Below, in pieces: positions 6,650 through 15,315 of a stretch of DNA of 38,127 nt. A program made the position numbers and the translations under genes. Positions within the stretch are counted from its first letter, which is position 1, and every line of letters begins with the position of its first letter. The stretch is from an uncultured Ardenticatenaceae bacterium (GTDB taxonomy: Bacteria > Chloroflexota > Anaerolineae > Promineifilales > Promineifilaceae), in the NCBI GenBank assembly GCA_964350725.1, contig CAYGMR010000003.1, positions 1-38,127 of the forward strand, given 5' to 3'. The notes under the pieces were generated by a model. The model had not been told where the DNA came from and searched no databases. It saw only the letters and a list, made by a program, of their open reading frames with translations.

Positions 6650-9412
6650 ATGTATAGAAGTAATGGTTCTTTCTTATGCGCGGTGAAAAGTTGGCTGCGA
6701 CAATGGTCGTTGCAGATTTCCTTTTCTAACCTATGTGTAGGCATCATCGTATTGTTATTAACTGTATTGGTATTGGCGCCTACGCGTAGCATGGCGGCTC
6801 AGGATGAGGATTCGGCCTGGTCGCCGCCGCGCAATTTATCTCAATCTGGGGCGGCAACTGATCCGCAGGTCGTATTGGATAGTAATGGGAATTTACATGC
6901 GCTGTGGCGTGAAGATGCGATCAATAATTTTGTCTACACGCGTCAGAATGGAGAAGGTGGGTGGACACGGCCGTTGCCCCTTGAACTCCCCTTTGCTACC
7001 CGGCGTTGGTTTGATGAAGATGAGCTGCGCGAAGATGATCCGACACCATTATTTGACCCGTACTTGGTCACAGATGGTACCGGGCGCATCCATGCATTTT
7101 GGCGGGATGAAGATAATGTCCTCTATTACAGTCAGGTTGGAGCCAGTAAGGTTGCTGATTTTGACAGTTGGACATTGCCAGCCAGGATTGCAGAGGCAGC
7201 AACGGCCGTTACTGCCCACGCCGATGCTAATAATCTTGTTCACCTTGCTTATGTGCGACCACTAGATACGGCCGATAACCCAGCTGGTATTTATTATCAG
7301 CAGGCATTGGCTGAGAGCCCCAACTGGAGCAACCCTTATTTATTAGAAGCCTCGACATATTTTCGCGCAATGCCCGAAGAAGATGCCAACCTGCAAATGC
7401 AGATAACCGCTAGTGACGGCGTTTGGGTCGCTTGGGAAAATCTTGGCCTTGAACAAATCTTTTTGGCGGGCTCTCTGGATCAGGGTCAAACCTGGAGCCC
7501 CATTCAAATTTTAGACCGACGGGAAGAAATTGATATTGTCCAAGCGCTAGGGCCCCAAAATTTGCGCCTGGTGGCTGCTGGTGACATGTTGCATGCATTT
7601 TGGCAAGCTGGGCATGATAGTGAAAATTGCAATCAATATCATAAATACAGTCCCGATGGCGGCATAAGCTGGACGTTAAACATACATATGGAGCAGTTCG
7701 ACAGTTGTGCAGATGAACTGTTGGCGTTAGGCGGTGCGGATGAGATGGTTTATCTGCTTGCAGCCACAGCCAATGAAACCAATCTATGGGCTTGGAACGG
7801 CACTGTCTGGAGTTTGCAGCAGCGACAACCTATTCACATTGACAATGTGATCGACCCAGCCACCTATCGTTCTTTTGCCTTCGAGCAGATGAGCGGCTTA
7901 CTGACCCCAGCTGATCAATTGGTTTTGTTTGGCAATGACGAAGGCAAAGGTGTGACGAATCGCATTGATGAAGATGAAGGTAAGGATGTCTGGTTGTTAG
8001 AGCGCACCTTAAATGATACAGAATCCTGGTTTGCACCACCTTCCATGTGGTCTGAACCCCAATCCATAACGCCTATCACGGCGGCTACCAGCAAGTTACA
8101 TATGTTTGCCTCTCCAGATGCACTTTTTCACCTGTTTTGGGAAGATTCGCGTTTGGGTGAAATCAATTACACACGCGGTGTTGCTGACCAATGGTTAGGC
8201 GTGACACCCCTTACTAAGGATGGCCTGAACTTTGCTGTTGATTTGGATTCACAGGCGCTTTTTTCGGGAGCCTGGAATACGGTTGATGGTAAGCTTTTGT
8301 TCAGCAAAATAGAATCTGACCGTGTCGAGGCATTTTCTGGCTGGGCAGCCACACAAGAGATTCCTGTTTCCCATTTAGGTCTGAATAAATCGGCGCTTGC
8401 TGTCGGGGCTGACGATCAAATCACGCTGGCTTATGTGTCACCAGTAAATGAAGGCCGCGGCGTTTATGTGACGAGTTCGCAAGATGGTGGTGAGCATTGG
8501 ACAGAGCCTATCATGGTTTTTGATGCAGTCGCTGCCGATTGGCCGGTTGTCGATAACCCACGACTCGCATTTACGGGTGCCAACAGCATGCATTTGTTGT
8601 GGACACGATCTGATGTTTTAGGGGAAGCTGCACAAGAATTATATTATGCCCGTTCCGATGACAAAGGTATGAGCTGGTCTAACCCTGTACCAGTTGAGAC
8701 GGTTGCTACACGTGACGCCTTGATCTTATGGAGCCAGGTTGTTGGAATTGGGGAACAGATTGTGCATCGTTTGTGGCAGACAGCCGATGAAAACCGGGTT
8801 ACTGTATGGCATCAACTATCAACGGATGCTGGTTTAACTTGGTCAGAAGCGGAAGCGGTTGTCAGTGATGTGGTTGAAATGGATGATGCTGGTTTAGTGA
8901 CCGTAACGGCCGATCCATACGGCCGTCTATTTTTGTTAACCACCACACCACAAATGGTGCGCCAACATGTGTGGCAGCTTGATCATTGGCAGCAAGATGA
9001 ATCACTGGTTTTTCGAGATGAAACGGCCGTCGCTGCGCTCACAGCAGCTTGGTCATCCAATAACACGCTCGGACTGTTGCTGGCAGCAAAATCAATCGAA
9101 GATATCAATGCTGATAGCGAACTCCTGTTTGCTACCGGTGATGTTGCTGAGCCTACATCCAAACCAATTGCCATACCCACACTGACACCCACCCCCGAAC
9201 CGACACCCACACTGACACCCACACCGCTGCCCCAACCGACACCTACTGTTGTCTTTCCACTCGATCGTTCGGGCGACTGGCAGCAATCTATGGGGACCAC
9301 GGTAATAAATCAGACCCTTTTGCAGGTCTTGGCTGGCATTGTGCCCGCCATCTTGGTGGTGTTCTTTGGATTTGTCATTGGCATCACAGTTGTGCGCCGT
9401 AAACGGTCATAA
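6650..9412 (+). CDS. Large membrane-anchored BNR/Asp-box repeat (sialidase-like beta-propeller) protein with Pro/Thr-rich stalk and C-terminal TM anchor
   Basis: Asp-box SxDxGxTW copies: SLDQGQTWSP, SPDGGISWT, SQDGGEHWTEP, SDDKGMSWSNP, STDAGLTWSEA. N-terminal signal/anchor IIVLLLTVLVLAP. Stalk PTLTPTPEPTPTLTPTPLPQPTPT. Terminal TM plus RRKRS. Confidence 0.75.
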   Translation: MYRSNGSFLCAVKSWLRQWSLQISFSNLCVGIIVLLLTVLVLAPTRSMAAQDEDSAWSPPRNLSQSGAATDPQVVLDSNGNLHALWREDAINNFVYTRQNGEGGWTRPLPLELPFATRRWFDEDELREDDPTPLFDPYLVTDGTGRIHAFWRDEDNVLYYSQVGASKVADFDSWTLPARIAEAATAVTAHADANNLVHLAYVRPLDTADNPAGIYYQQALAESPNWSNPYLLEASTYFRAMPEEDANLQMQITASDGVWVAWENLGLEQIFLAGSLDQGQTWSPIQILDRREEIDIVQALGPQNLRLVAAGDMLHAFWQAGHDSENCNQYHKYSPDGGISWTLNIHMEQFDSCADELLALGGADEMVYLLAATANETNLWAWNGTVWSLQQRQPIHIDNVIDPATYRSFAFEQMSGLLTPADQLVLFGNDEGKGVTNRIDEDEGKDVWLLERTLNDTESWFAPPSMWSEPQSITPITAATSKLHMFASPDALFHLFWEDSRLGEINYTRGVADQWLGVTPLTKDGLNFAVDLDSQALFSGAWNTVDGKLLFSKIESDRVEAFSGWAATQEIPVSHLGLNKSALAVGADDQITLAYVSPVNEGRGVYVTSSQDGGEHWTEPIMVFDAVAADWPVVDNPRLAFTGANSMHLLWTRSDVLGEAAQELYYARSDDKGMSWSNPVPVETVATRDALILWSQVVGIGEQIVHRLWQTADENRVTVWHQLSTDAGLTWSEAEAVVSDVVEMDDAGLVTVTADPYGRLFLLTTTPQMVRQHVWQLDHWQQDESLVFRDETAVAALTAAWSSNNTLGLLLAAKSIEDINADSELLFATGDVAEPTSKPIAIPTLTPTPEPTPTLTPTPLPQPTPTVVFPLDRSGDWQQSMGTTVINQTLLQVLAGIVPAILVVFFGFVIGITVVRRKRS

Positions 9413-9420
9413 TCAGTCTT

Positions 9421-11256
9421 ATGCACAAATCGCTCTCAACGCTTAACTTGGCTGTGTTGCAACTATTGGCCGCCGCTGCTGCTGCTGCCCTGTGGTATGT
9501 GTGGCCTGCTGCTGGCGCGTGGCCGCTGCTGCTGGCAATCCTTCCTTGGTTAGTGAATGTGATTATTGGCAAACGGCCGTTGCTGCGCACGCCTTTCGAT
9601 TGGCCAATCTTGTTGTTTTTAGTGACCGGGTTGCTGGCCGTGTGGAGCGCTTATGACAAGGATGTGGCCTGGGCTAAGTTTTGGTTGATTATTGGTGGAG
9701 TACTCCTCTTTTATGCTTTTGCCAATTGGATTCAGGTATTGAAGCGCGCGCAAACCCCCTATCCAGAACAACCCGCCTGGGTATTGGCCTTCTTTGGTAC
9801 GGCCGTTGCCATCTATTTCATTTTTACCCACGACTGGGATGCTTTCACGGTTAAATTTGCTGGGCTGGCTGCGCTTGGACATACACTGCAATCCTTTGCG
9901 CCGGTGCTGCCCGGCCACCGTTTGAACCCGAATGTTGCCGCATCGATGCTCTTGTTGGCACTGCCTTTTGGCATTGTCACGGTTACACAGGCCTGGCAGA
10001 AACGCACTACAGCGGTTTTTTTAGTGGGTTTGCTTAGCTGCATTAGCATGCTGATGGCAATCATGTTGACAACCTCACGGGGCGCTTGGGCAGCACTGAT
10101 CATCGGCAGCATAATCATCCTGACATGGCAATGTACCCGCTTGCTCAGTCGCAAAGCTGGCGCACGACGTTATTATTTTCTGCTGCTTTTGGGGCTAGGG
10201 TTTCTGATTGTCACTGTTTTCCTACTGTTGCGACCACAAACATTGCAACAACTAATTGCGCTAACGGCCGTTTCTGATACCGGCAGCAGCCGTCTTGATT
10301 TAATCCGTAACAGCATTGTTTTGGTGCAAGACTATCCTTTCATTGGGTCGGGCTTAGGTAGTTTCATGATGGTCTATTCCTCCTACGCACTGCTCACACA
10401 TGTTGGCTATATTGTCAATGCCCACAATTTGTATCTGGATGTGGCCATCGAACAAGGGCTAATTGCCTTGGCCACGTTGGTTTGGATGTGGTTGATTTTT
10501 GGGCGTTTGTTATGGCGAGAAATGGGAGCCGGGCATGTGCGACCGTTGCTGGCTGCGGCTGCAACCGCATTACTGCTCATTTTGATGCATGGCTTGGTGG
10601 AAGACACTTATTTTGGCAGCCGTGCTTTGCTTCTGTTTTTATTGCCACTGGCTTTTGTGATGGATCTGCCCGCACAAGAAATTGTGCGGGCGAACTCGGG
10701 GCGCTGGTTACTGCCTGCAGCCGGTCTGGGGGTCGCGCTTGTGTTGGCGATTGTGGCGCTACGGCCGTTGCGTGCAGCTGCCTACGCAAATCTAGCCGCT
10801 GTCCAACAAAGCCGTGCTGAATTAAGTGTGTATCGTTGGCCCGAATGGCCGCTGCAAGATGAAGTGCGCCGTCAATTAACATTGAGTGATGCGGTAGCAA
10901 ATTATGAGAATGCGTTGGCGTTCAACCCTGCAAACGCCAGTGCGAACCGGCGCTTAGGCCAAATTGAACTTTCCTTGGGTGCATACGAGGATGCCCTCAC
11001 CCATCTGGAAGCTGCTTATGCGACGATGCCCTGGGACAACACAACTAAACAGTTATATGGCGAGGCGTTGATTGTAAACGGCCGTTTAGATGCTGGTCGT
11101 GTATTGTGGTCAGACATCAATCAAGCGCAAGGACAATTAGATGCGCGCGTTTTTTGGTATGGGCAGCTTGATGCTGCCGAAAAAGCGGCCTGGATACAAC
11201 AAGTTCGCGATCAGGTTGCTGCTGAACAAAAACCTTATGAAAATCAAATCCAATAG
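9421..11256 (+). CDS. Wzy/WaaL-family (O-antigen polymerase/ligase-like) polytopic membrane protein fused to C-terminal TPR repeats
   Basis: TSRGAWAALIIG and AHNLYLDVAIEQGLIAL match the conserved Wzy_C loop and helix. There are more than 10 TM segments. The C-terminal soluble part has TPR-like repeats (ANYENALAFNPANASANRRLGQIELSLGAYEDALTHLEAAY). Confidence 0.8.
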   Translation: MHKSLSTLNLAVLQLLAAAAAAALWYVWPAAGAWPLLLAILPWLVNVIIGKRPLLRTPFDWPILLFLVTGLLAVWSAYDKDVAWAKFWLIIGGVLLFYAFANWIQVLKRAQTPYPEQPAWVLAFFGTAVAIYFIFTHDWDAFTVKFAGLAALGHTLQSFAPVLPGHRLNPNVAASMLLLALPFGIVTVTQAWQKRTTAVFLVGLLSCISMLMAIMLTTSRGAWAALIIGSIIILTWQCTRLLSRKAGARRYYFLLLLGLGFLIVTVFLLLRPQTLQQLIALTAVSDTGSSRLDLIRNSIVLVQDYPFIGSGLGSFMMVYSSYALLTHVGYIVNAHNLYLDVAIEQGLIALATLVWMWLIFGRLLWREMGAGHVRPLLAAAATALLLILMHGLVEDTYFGSRALLLFLLPLAFVMDLPAQEIVRANSGRWLLPAAGLGVALVLAIVALRPLRAAAYANLAAVQQSRAELSVYRWPEWPLQDEVRRQLTLSDAVANYENALAFNPANASANRRLGQIELSLGAYEDALTHLEAAYATMPWDNTTKQLYGEALIVNGRLDAGRVLWSDINQAQGQLDARVFWYGQLDAAEKAAWIQQVRDQVAAEQKPYENQIQ

Positions 11257-11266
11257 CTCACTCACA

Positions 11267-12163
11267 ATGAATCAAATATCTGATAATTCTGTGGATTCGC
11301 ACGATAAAGACAAGGCCGGCCAAGAAACGGCCGTGCCGCATATGATCATCAAACCATCAAAAGGTTGGATATCGCTGCAACTTGACCGTGTCTGGCAATA
11401 CCGCGAACTGCTCTACTTCTTGGTCTGGCGTGACATCAAAGTACGCTACAAACAGTCCGTATTAGGCATCCTCTGGATCGCCATTCAACCTGTGATGACC
11501 ATGGTTGTCTTCACTTTCCTGTTTGGCAATCTGTTAGGCGTGCCGACTGGTGGCATCCCCTATCCGATCTTCGTTTATTCGGCTTTGTTGCCCTGGCAAT
11601 ATTTCGCCAACTCGCTGACAAGGTCCTCCACAAACTTGGTAGACAACTCGCAATTAATCACCAAAGTCTACTTTCCGCGTCTCATCATTCCCTTTTCTGG
11701 TGTATTTTCCGGCCTTGTTGATTTTTTTGTGGCCTTTATCGTTTTGATTCTTTTGATGGCGTATTACAAAATCCAACCCACCGCAGCCATTATTTTTCTG
11801 CCGGGATTTCTTTTATTGGCAATGATAACGGCGCTGGGGTTTGGTTTATGGCTTTCGGCTTTGAATGTGCGCTTTCGGGATATCAAACATCTTGTGCCCT
11901 TCATTGTGCAACTGTGGATGTATCTGACACCGGTCATTTATTCCAGTTTGATGATTCCGGAACAGTTCCGGTTTTTATTGGCACTCAACCCAATGACCGG
12001 TGTTGTGGCTGGCTTTCGTTGGGCTTTGTTGGGCAATGCGTTTGGTGATGCTACCCCACCAGGCGACCTTTTTCCCATCTCGGTCCTGATCGCGCTGCTA
12101 GTTTTTGTCAGCGGCATGATTTATTTCCGTTATACGGAGCGTACTTTTGCGGACATCATCTGA
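11267..12163 (+). CDS. wzm: ABC-2 type polysaccharide export permease
   Basis: YRELLYFLVWRDIKVRYKQSVLGILWIAIQP is the hallmark N-terminal motif of Wzm/TagG/KpsM permeases. There are 6 TM segments. The ORF track begins at 11141 inside the upstream gene. The ATG at 11267 (MNQISDN) is the first start after the upstream stop. Confidence 0.9.
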   Translation: MNQISDNSVDSHDKDKAGQETAVPHMIIKPSKGWISLQLDRVWQYRELLYFLVWRDIKVRYKQSVLGILWIAIQPVMTMVVFTFLFGNLLGVPTGGIPYPIFVYSALLPWQYFANSLTRSSTNLVDNSQLITKVYFPRLIIPFSGVFSGLVDFFVAFIVLILLMAYYKIQPTAAIIFLPGFLLLAMITALGFGLWLSALNVRFRDIKHLVPFIVQLWMYLTPVIYSSLMIPEQFRFLLALNPMTGVVAGFRWALLGNAFGDATPPGDLFPISVLIALLVFVSGMIYFRYTERTFADII

Positions 12164-12164
12164 T

Positions 12165-13436
12165 ATGAATAATTTTGCTATTCGCGTTGATAATTTAGGG
12201 AAACGTTATAACTTGGCTGCTGCTCAGGATCGCAACGACACGTTACGAGATGCCTTCATGGGATTATTCGGCCGTTTACGGCGACAAGCCACTGCTTCGA
12301 CGAAAAAACCGCCTTTTTGGGCATTAAAGGATGTCTCTTTTGATGTGCAGCCGGGTGAAGTAGTGGGCATTATCGGACAAAATGGGGCTGGTAAATCGAC
12401 ATTGCTCAAGGTGCTTTCACGCATCACGGAGCCGACGCTGGGTGAGGTTGAGGTCTACGGCCGTATCGGGTCATTGCTCGAAGTCGGCACAGGTTTCCAT
12501 CCAGAACTGAGCGGGCGTGAAAATGTCTACATGAGTGGTGCTTTGTTGGGCATGCGACGTGCCGAAATCGAGCGTAAATTTGACGAAATCGTCGCCTTCT
12601 CCGGCGTCGAAAAATTTATCGACATGCCTATCAAACGCTATTCCAGCGGCATGAATGTGCGCCTGGGCTTTGCGGTGGCTGCCCATCTAGAGCCGGAAAT
12701 CTTGCTCGTAGATGAAGTGTTGGCTGTAGGCGATGCCGCTTTCCAGCGCCGCTGCCTGGGCAAAATGGAAGATGTCGCTAAAGAGGGTCGCACTGTCCTG
12801 TTCGTCAGCCATAACATGATCGCCTTACAGAGTTTGTGTAAACGCGCCATCTGGCTGCATCAAGGGCAAGTCAAGGAAAGCGGGCCAACGGCGCCTGTGG
12901 TTGCCAATTACCTGAAGCAAACGACTGACAATGCCAATTTGACGCATCAAATATGGCCCGATAGTGCTGCGGCCCCTGGCAACGATATGGTGCGTTTGCA
13001 CTCAGTATGCATTGAAGCGACCGACGACTCCCCCTTAATTACGATGCAAACGCCATTACAGGTCACGATAGAATATTGGAATCATGTGCCCGGCATGCAA
13101 CTACACACCACTTTGCATGTGCTGACTGAACAAGGCATTGTTGCCTTTAGCACCTTCCCGACACAAGACCCCACACAAGAAATAGCAACAGGCTTATATC
13201 GCGCGACCTGTCAAATTCCGGGTAATTTGCTCAACAGCGGCACACATGTTGTAAATTTATTGATAGTCAAAGAACGCACTTCGACCGCTTACCGGCATGA
13301 TCGTGCATTGGTCTTCGAGGTTGTAGATACAAATGTGCGTGACGGTGCTTGGTACGGCCGTGAACCAGGCGCTGTGCATCCAGTTTTGCCCTGGTCAACT
13401 GAACTGTTGCCCGACAAAACGGCAGCTAGAGAGTAG
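12165..13436 (+). CDS. wzt: Polysaccharide ABC exporter ATP-binding protein with about 170-aa C-terminal extension (Wzt_C-like)
   Basis: Walker A GQNGAGKST, signature YSSGMNVRLGFA and Walker B ILLVDEVLAVGD. Residues after about aa 250 form a beta-rich extension resembling the glycan-cap-binding domain of Wzt proteins. The alternative overlapping start is at 12147. Confidence 0.9.
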   Translation: MNNFAIRVDNLGKRYNLAAAQDRNDTLRDAFMGLFGRLRRQATASTKKPPFWALKDVSFDVQPGEVVGIIGQNGAGKSTLLKVLSRITEPTLGEVEVYGRIGSLLEVGTGFHPELSGRENVYMSGALLGMRRAEIERKFDEIVAFSGVEKFIDMPIKRYSSGMNVRLGFAVAAHLEPEILLVDEVLAVGDAAFQRRCLGKMEDVAKEGRTVLFVSHNMIALQSLCKRAIWLHQGQVKESGPTAPVVANYLKQTTDNANLTHQIWPDSAAAPGNDMVRLHSVCIEATDDSPLITMQTPLQVTIEYWNHVPGMQLHTTLHVLTEQGIVAFSTFPTQDPTQEIATGLYRATCQIPGNLLNSGTHVVNLLIVKERTSTAYRHDRALVFEVVDTNVRDGAWYGREPGAVHPVLPWSTELLPDKTAARE

Positions 13437-14102
13437 ATGATGCAAGTGTCTGAAAAACCTTCCTTGGTTATTTGGGGTGCCGCAGGCCATGCGCTGGTTG
13501 TGGCTGATATTGTGCGCTTGCAAGACAAATACGAGATCGTTGGCTTTTTGGATGATGTGAATCCTGGCCGTGAAGGAGCCATATTTTGTGGATCCCAGAT
13601 TTTGGGTGGCAAAGAACAACTTGACCGGCTGCAAGCGCAAGGTGTTCGGCATATTCTATTGGGTTTTGGGAATTGCAAGATGCGTTTGGAATTGACGAAG
13701 TGGCTGCAAAGCAAAAACTTTTTGCTGCCATCTGCTGTTCACCCGCAAGCGATCGTGGCACAAGATGCCGTGATTGGAGCTGGCACAGTCATCAGTGCCG
13801 GCGCAGTTGTGAATCCCGCTGTCAAGATCGGCAAAAGTGTCATCATCAACACAGCGGCCACTGTTGACCATGAGTGTACCATCGGAGATGCCGCCCACAT
13901 CGGGCCGGGCGCACATCTCGCGGGGCATGTCACCGTTGGTCAAGCGACACAGATTGGAATCGGAGCTGCTGTGATTGATCGCATCCATGTTGGTGCCCAG
14001 GCGATTGTCGGTGCTGGCGCTGTTGTTGTAGAGGACATCCCAGAGCGAGTTGTCGCTTATGGTGTGCCCGCGCAGATAAAAAGGAGTATAGACCGTGGAT
14101 AA
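13437..14102 (+). CDS. NeuD/PglD-family sugar N-acetyltransferase (LbH)
   Basis: N-terminal Rossmann-like VIWGAAGHALVVADIV followed by LbH repeats (IGAGTVISAGAVVNPAVKIGKSVIINTAATVDHECTIGDAAHIGPGAHLAG). The ATG directly abuts the wzt stop. Confidence 0.85.
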   Translation: MMQVSEKPSLVIWGAAGHALVVADIVRLQDKYEIVGFLDDVNPGREGAIFCGSQILGGKEQLDRLQAQGVRHILLGFGNCKMRLELTKWLQSKNFLLPSAVHPQAIVAQDAVIGAGTVISAGAVVNPAVKIGKSVIINTAATVDHECTIGDAAHIGPGAHLAGHVTVGQATQIGIGAAVIDRIHVGAQAIVGAGAVVVEDIPERVVAYGVPAQIKRSIDRG

Positions 14103-15312
14103 CAAATACAGTATCCAGGATTTAGGCATTTTTAGTGGAAAACCAACCTTTGATGAACCTTTGCATGTAGGACGGCCGAATATCGGTGATCGTGCTGCTT
14201 TGCTAGAACGCATCAATGATCTGCTGGATCGGCGTTGGTTGACTAACAATGGGCCATTCGTGCAAGAATTTGAGCAGCAGATTGCAGCATATTTGGGTGT
14301 TAAACATTGTGTTGCGATGTGCAATGCAACCGTTGCCTTAGAGATTGCTACGCGGGCGTTGGGCTTGCACGGTGAAGTGTTGATTCCTTCTTTCACGTTT
14401 GTCGCGACGGCACATGCGTTACAGTGGCAGGAAATTACGCCGGTCTTTTGTGATATTGATCCACACACCCACAATATCGATCCAAATAAACTTGAGCGCA
14501 TGATCACGCCGCGTACCACTGGTATTATGGGCGTACACGTGTGGGGACGGCCGTGTAATGTTGAAGCTTTAACTGAGATTGCTGCTTACTATAATCTGAA
14601 GCTTTTGTTTGATGCCGCCCATGCGTTTGGTTGTTCGTATAACGGCCGTATGATCGGTAACTTTGGTAATGCTGAAGTCTTTAGCTTTCATGCCACCAAA
14701 TTTTTCAACACCTTTGAAGGTGGTGCTGTCGTCACCAACGATGACGAGTTGGCAGATAAGATGCGCCTGATGAAAAACTTTGGTTTTGCTGGCTATGATA
14801 CGGTGACTTATGTGGGTACCAATGGCAAAATGAGCGAAGTTTCAGCTGCAATGGGGCTGACAGGTTTAGAGTCACTGGAAGCGTTTATCACAGCTAATCG
14901 CCGAAATCATCTTGCTTATCAGGCTGGCTTAAAAAATATTCCTGGCATTCGACTCATCAACTACAATGAGGCTGAACGTTGCAATTATCAATATGTCATC
15001 CTGGAAGTTGATGATCAAATATCGGGCATAAACCGTGATGATTTGGTGCAGATTTTACAGGCCGAAAATATCTTGGCACGGCGTTATTTCTACCCTGGCT
15101 GTCACCAAATGGAACCCTATCGCTCCTATTTTCCACATGCTGGTTTGCTGCTGCCGGAGACAAAACGTTTGACGCAGCGGGTGCTTTCCTTGCCCACAGG
15201 AACGGCCGTTGGCCCCCAAGAAATCGACCAAATTTGCAATCTGATTCGCCTGATCGTTGCCCACAGCCAGGAAATCCAGACTCAATTAATCCCCCAGTTA
15301 GCAGTGAGCTAA
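14095..15312 (+). CDS. DegT/DnrJ/EryC1/StrS-family PLP-dependent sugar aminotransferase
   Basis: FSFHATKFFNTFEGGAVVTND contains the conserved PLP lysine context (SFHxxK). GTG start with AAGGAG 10 nt upstream. There is an 8-nt overlap with the upstream gene. Confidence 0.9.
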   Translation: MDNKYSIQDLGIFSGKPTFDEPLHVGRPNIGDRAALLERINDLLDRRWLTNNGPFVQEFEQQIAAYLGVKHCVAMCNATVALEIATRALGLHGEVLIPSFTFVATAHALQWQEITPVFCDIDPHTHNIDPNKLERMITPRTTGIMGVHVWGRPCNVEALTEIAAYYNLKLLFDAAHAFGCSYNGRMIGNFGNAEVFSFHATKFFNTFEGGAVVTNDDELADKMRLMKNFGFAGYDTVTYVGTNGKMSEVSAAMGLTGLESLEAFITANRRNHLAYQAGLKNIPGIRLINYNEAERCNYQYVILEVDDQISGINRDDLVQILQAENILARRYFYPGCHQMEPYRSYFPHAGLLLPETKRLTQRVLSLPTGTAVGPQEIDQICNLIRLIVAHSQEIQTQLIPQLAVS

Positions 15313-15315
15313 GCC

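Noticed and set aside
9290-9412. C-terminal TM plus basic tail of the BNR proteins considered as a sortase, exosortase or rhombosortase sorting signal
   Set aside because: No shared LPXTG, PEP, PGF or GlyGly-type motif precedes the TM helices of the two paralogs, and no sorting enzyme is in the window. They are treated as simple tail anchors.
11141-11266. N-terminally extended ORF-track starts (11141, 23949, 29029, 2570, 19191, 30435) taken as real long overlaps
   Set aside because: Each extension overlaps the upstream gene or uses GTG or TTG with no SD. In each case an internal start gives a canonical family N-terminus just after the upstream stop.
13656-14519. 287-aa ORF on the - strand
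   Set aside because: It lies fully antisense to two well-supported + strand genes (NeuD/PglD-like and DegT). It has a low-complexity Cys/Ser/Arg-rich composition and no recognisable motifs. It is a shadow ORF.
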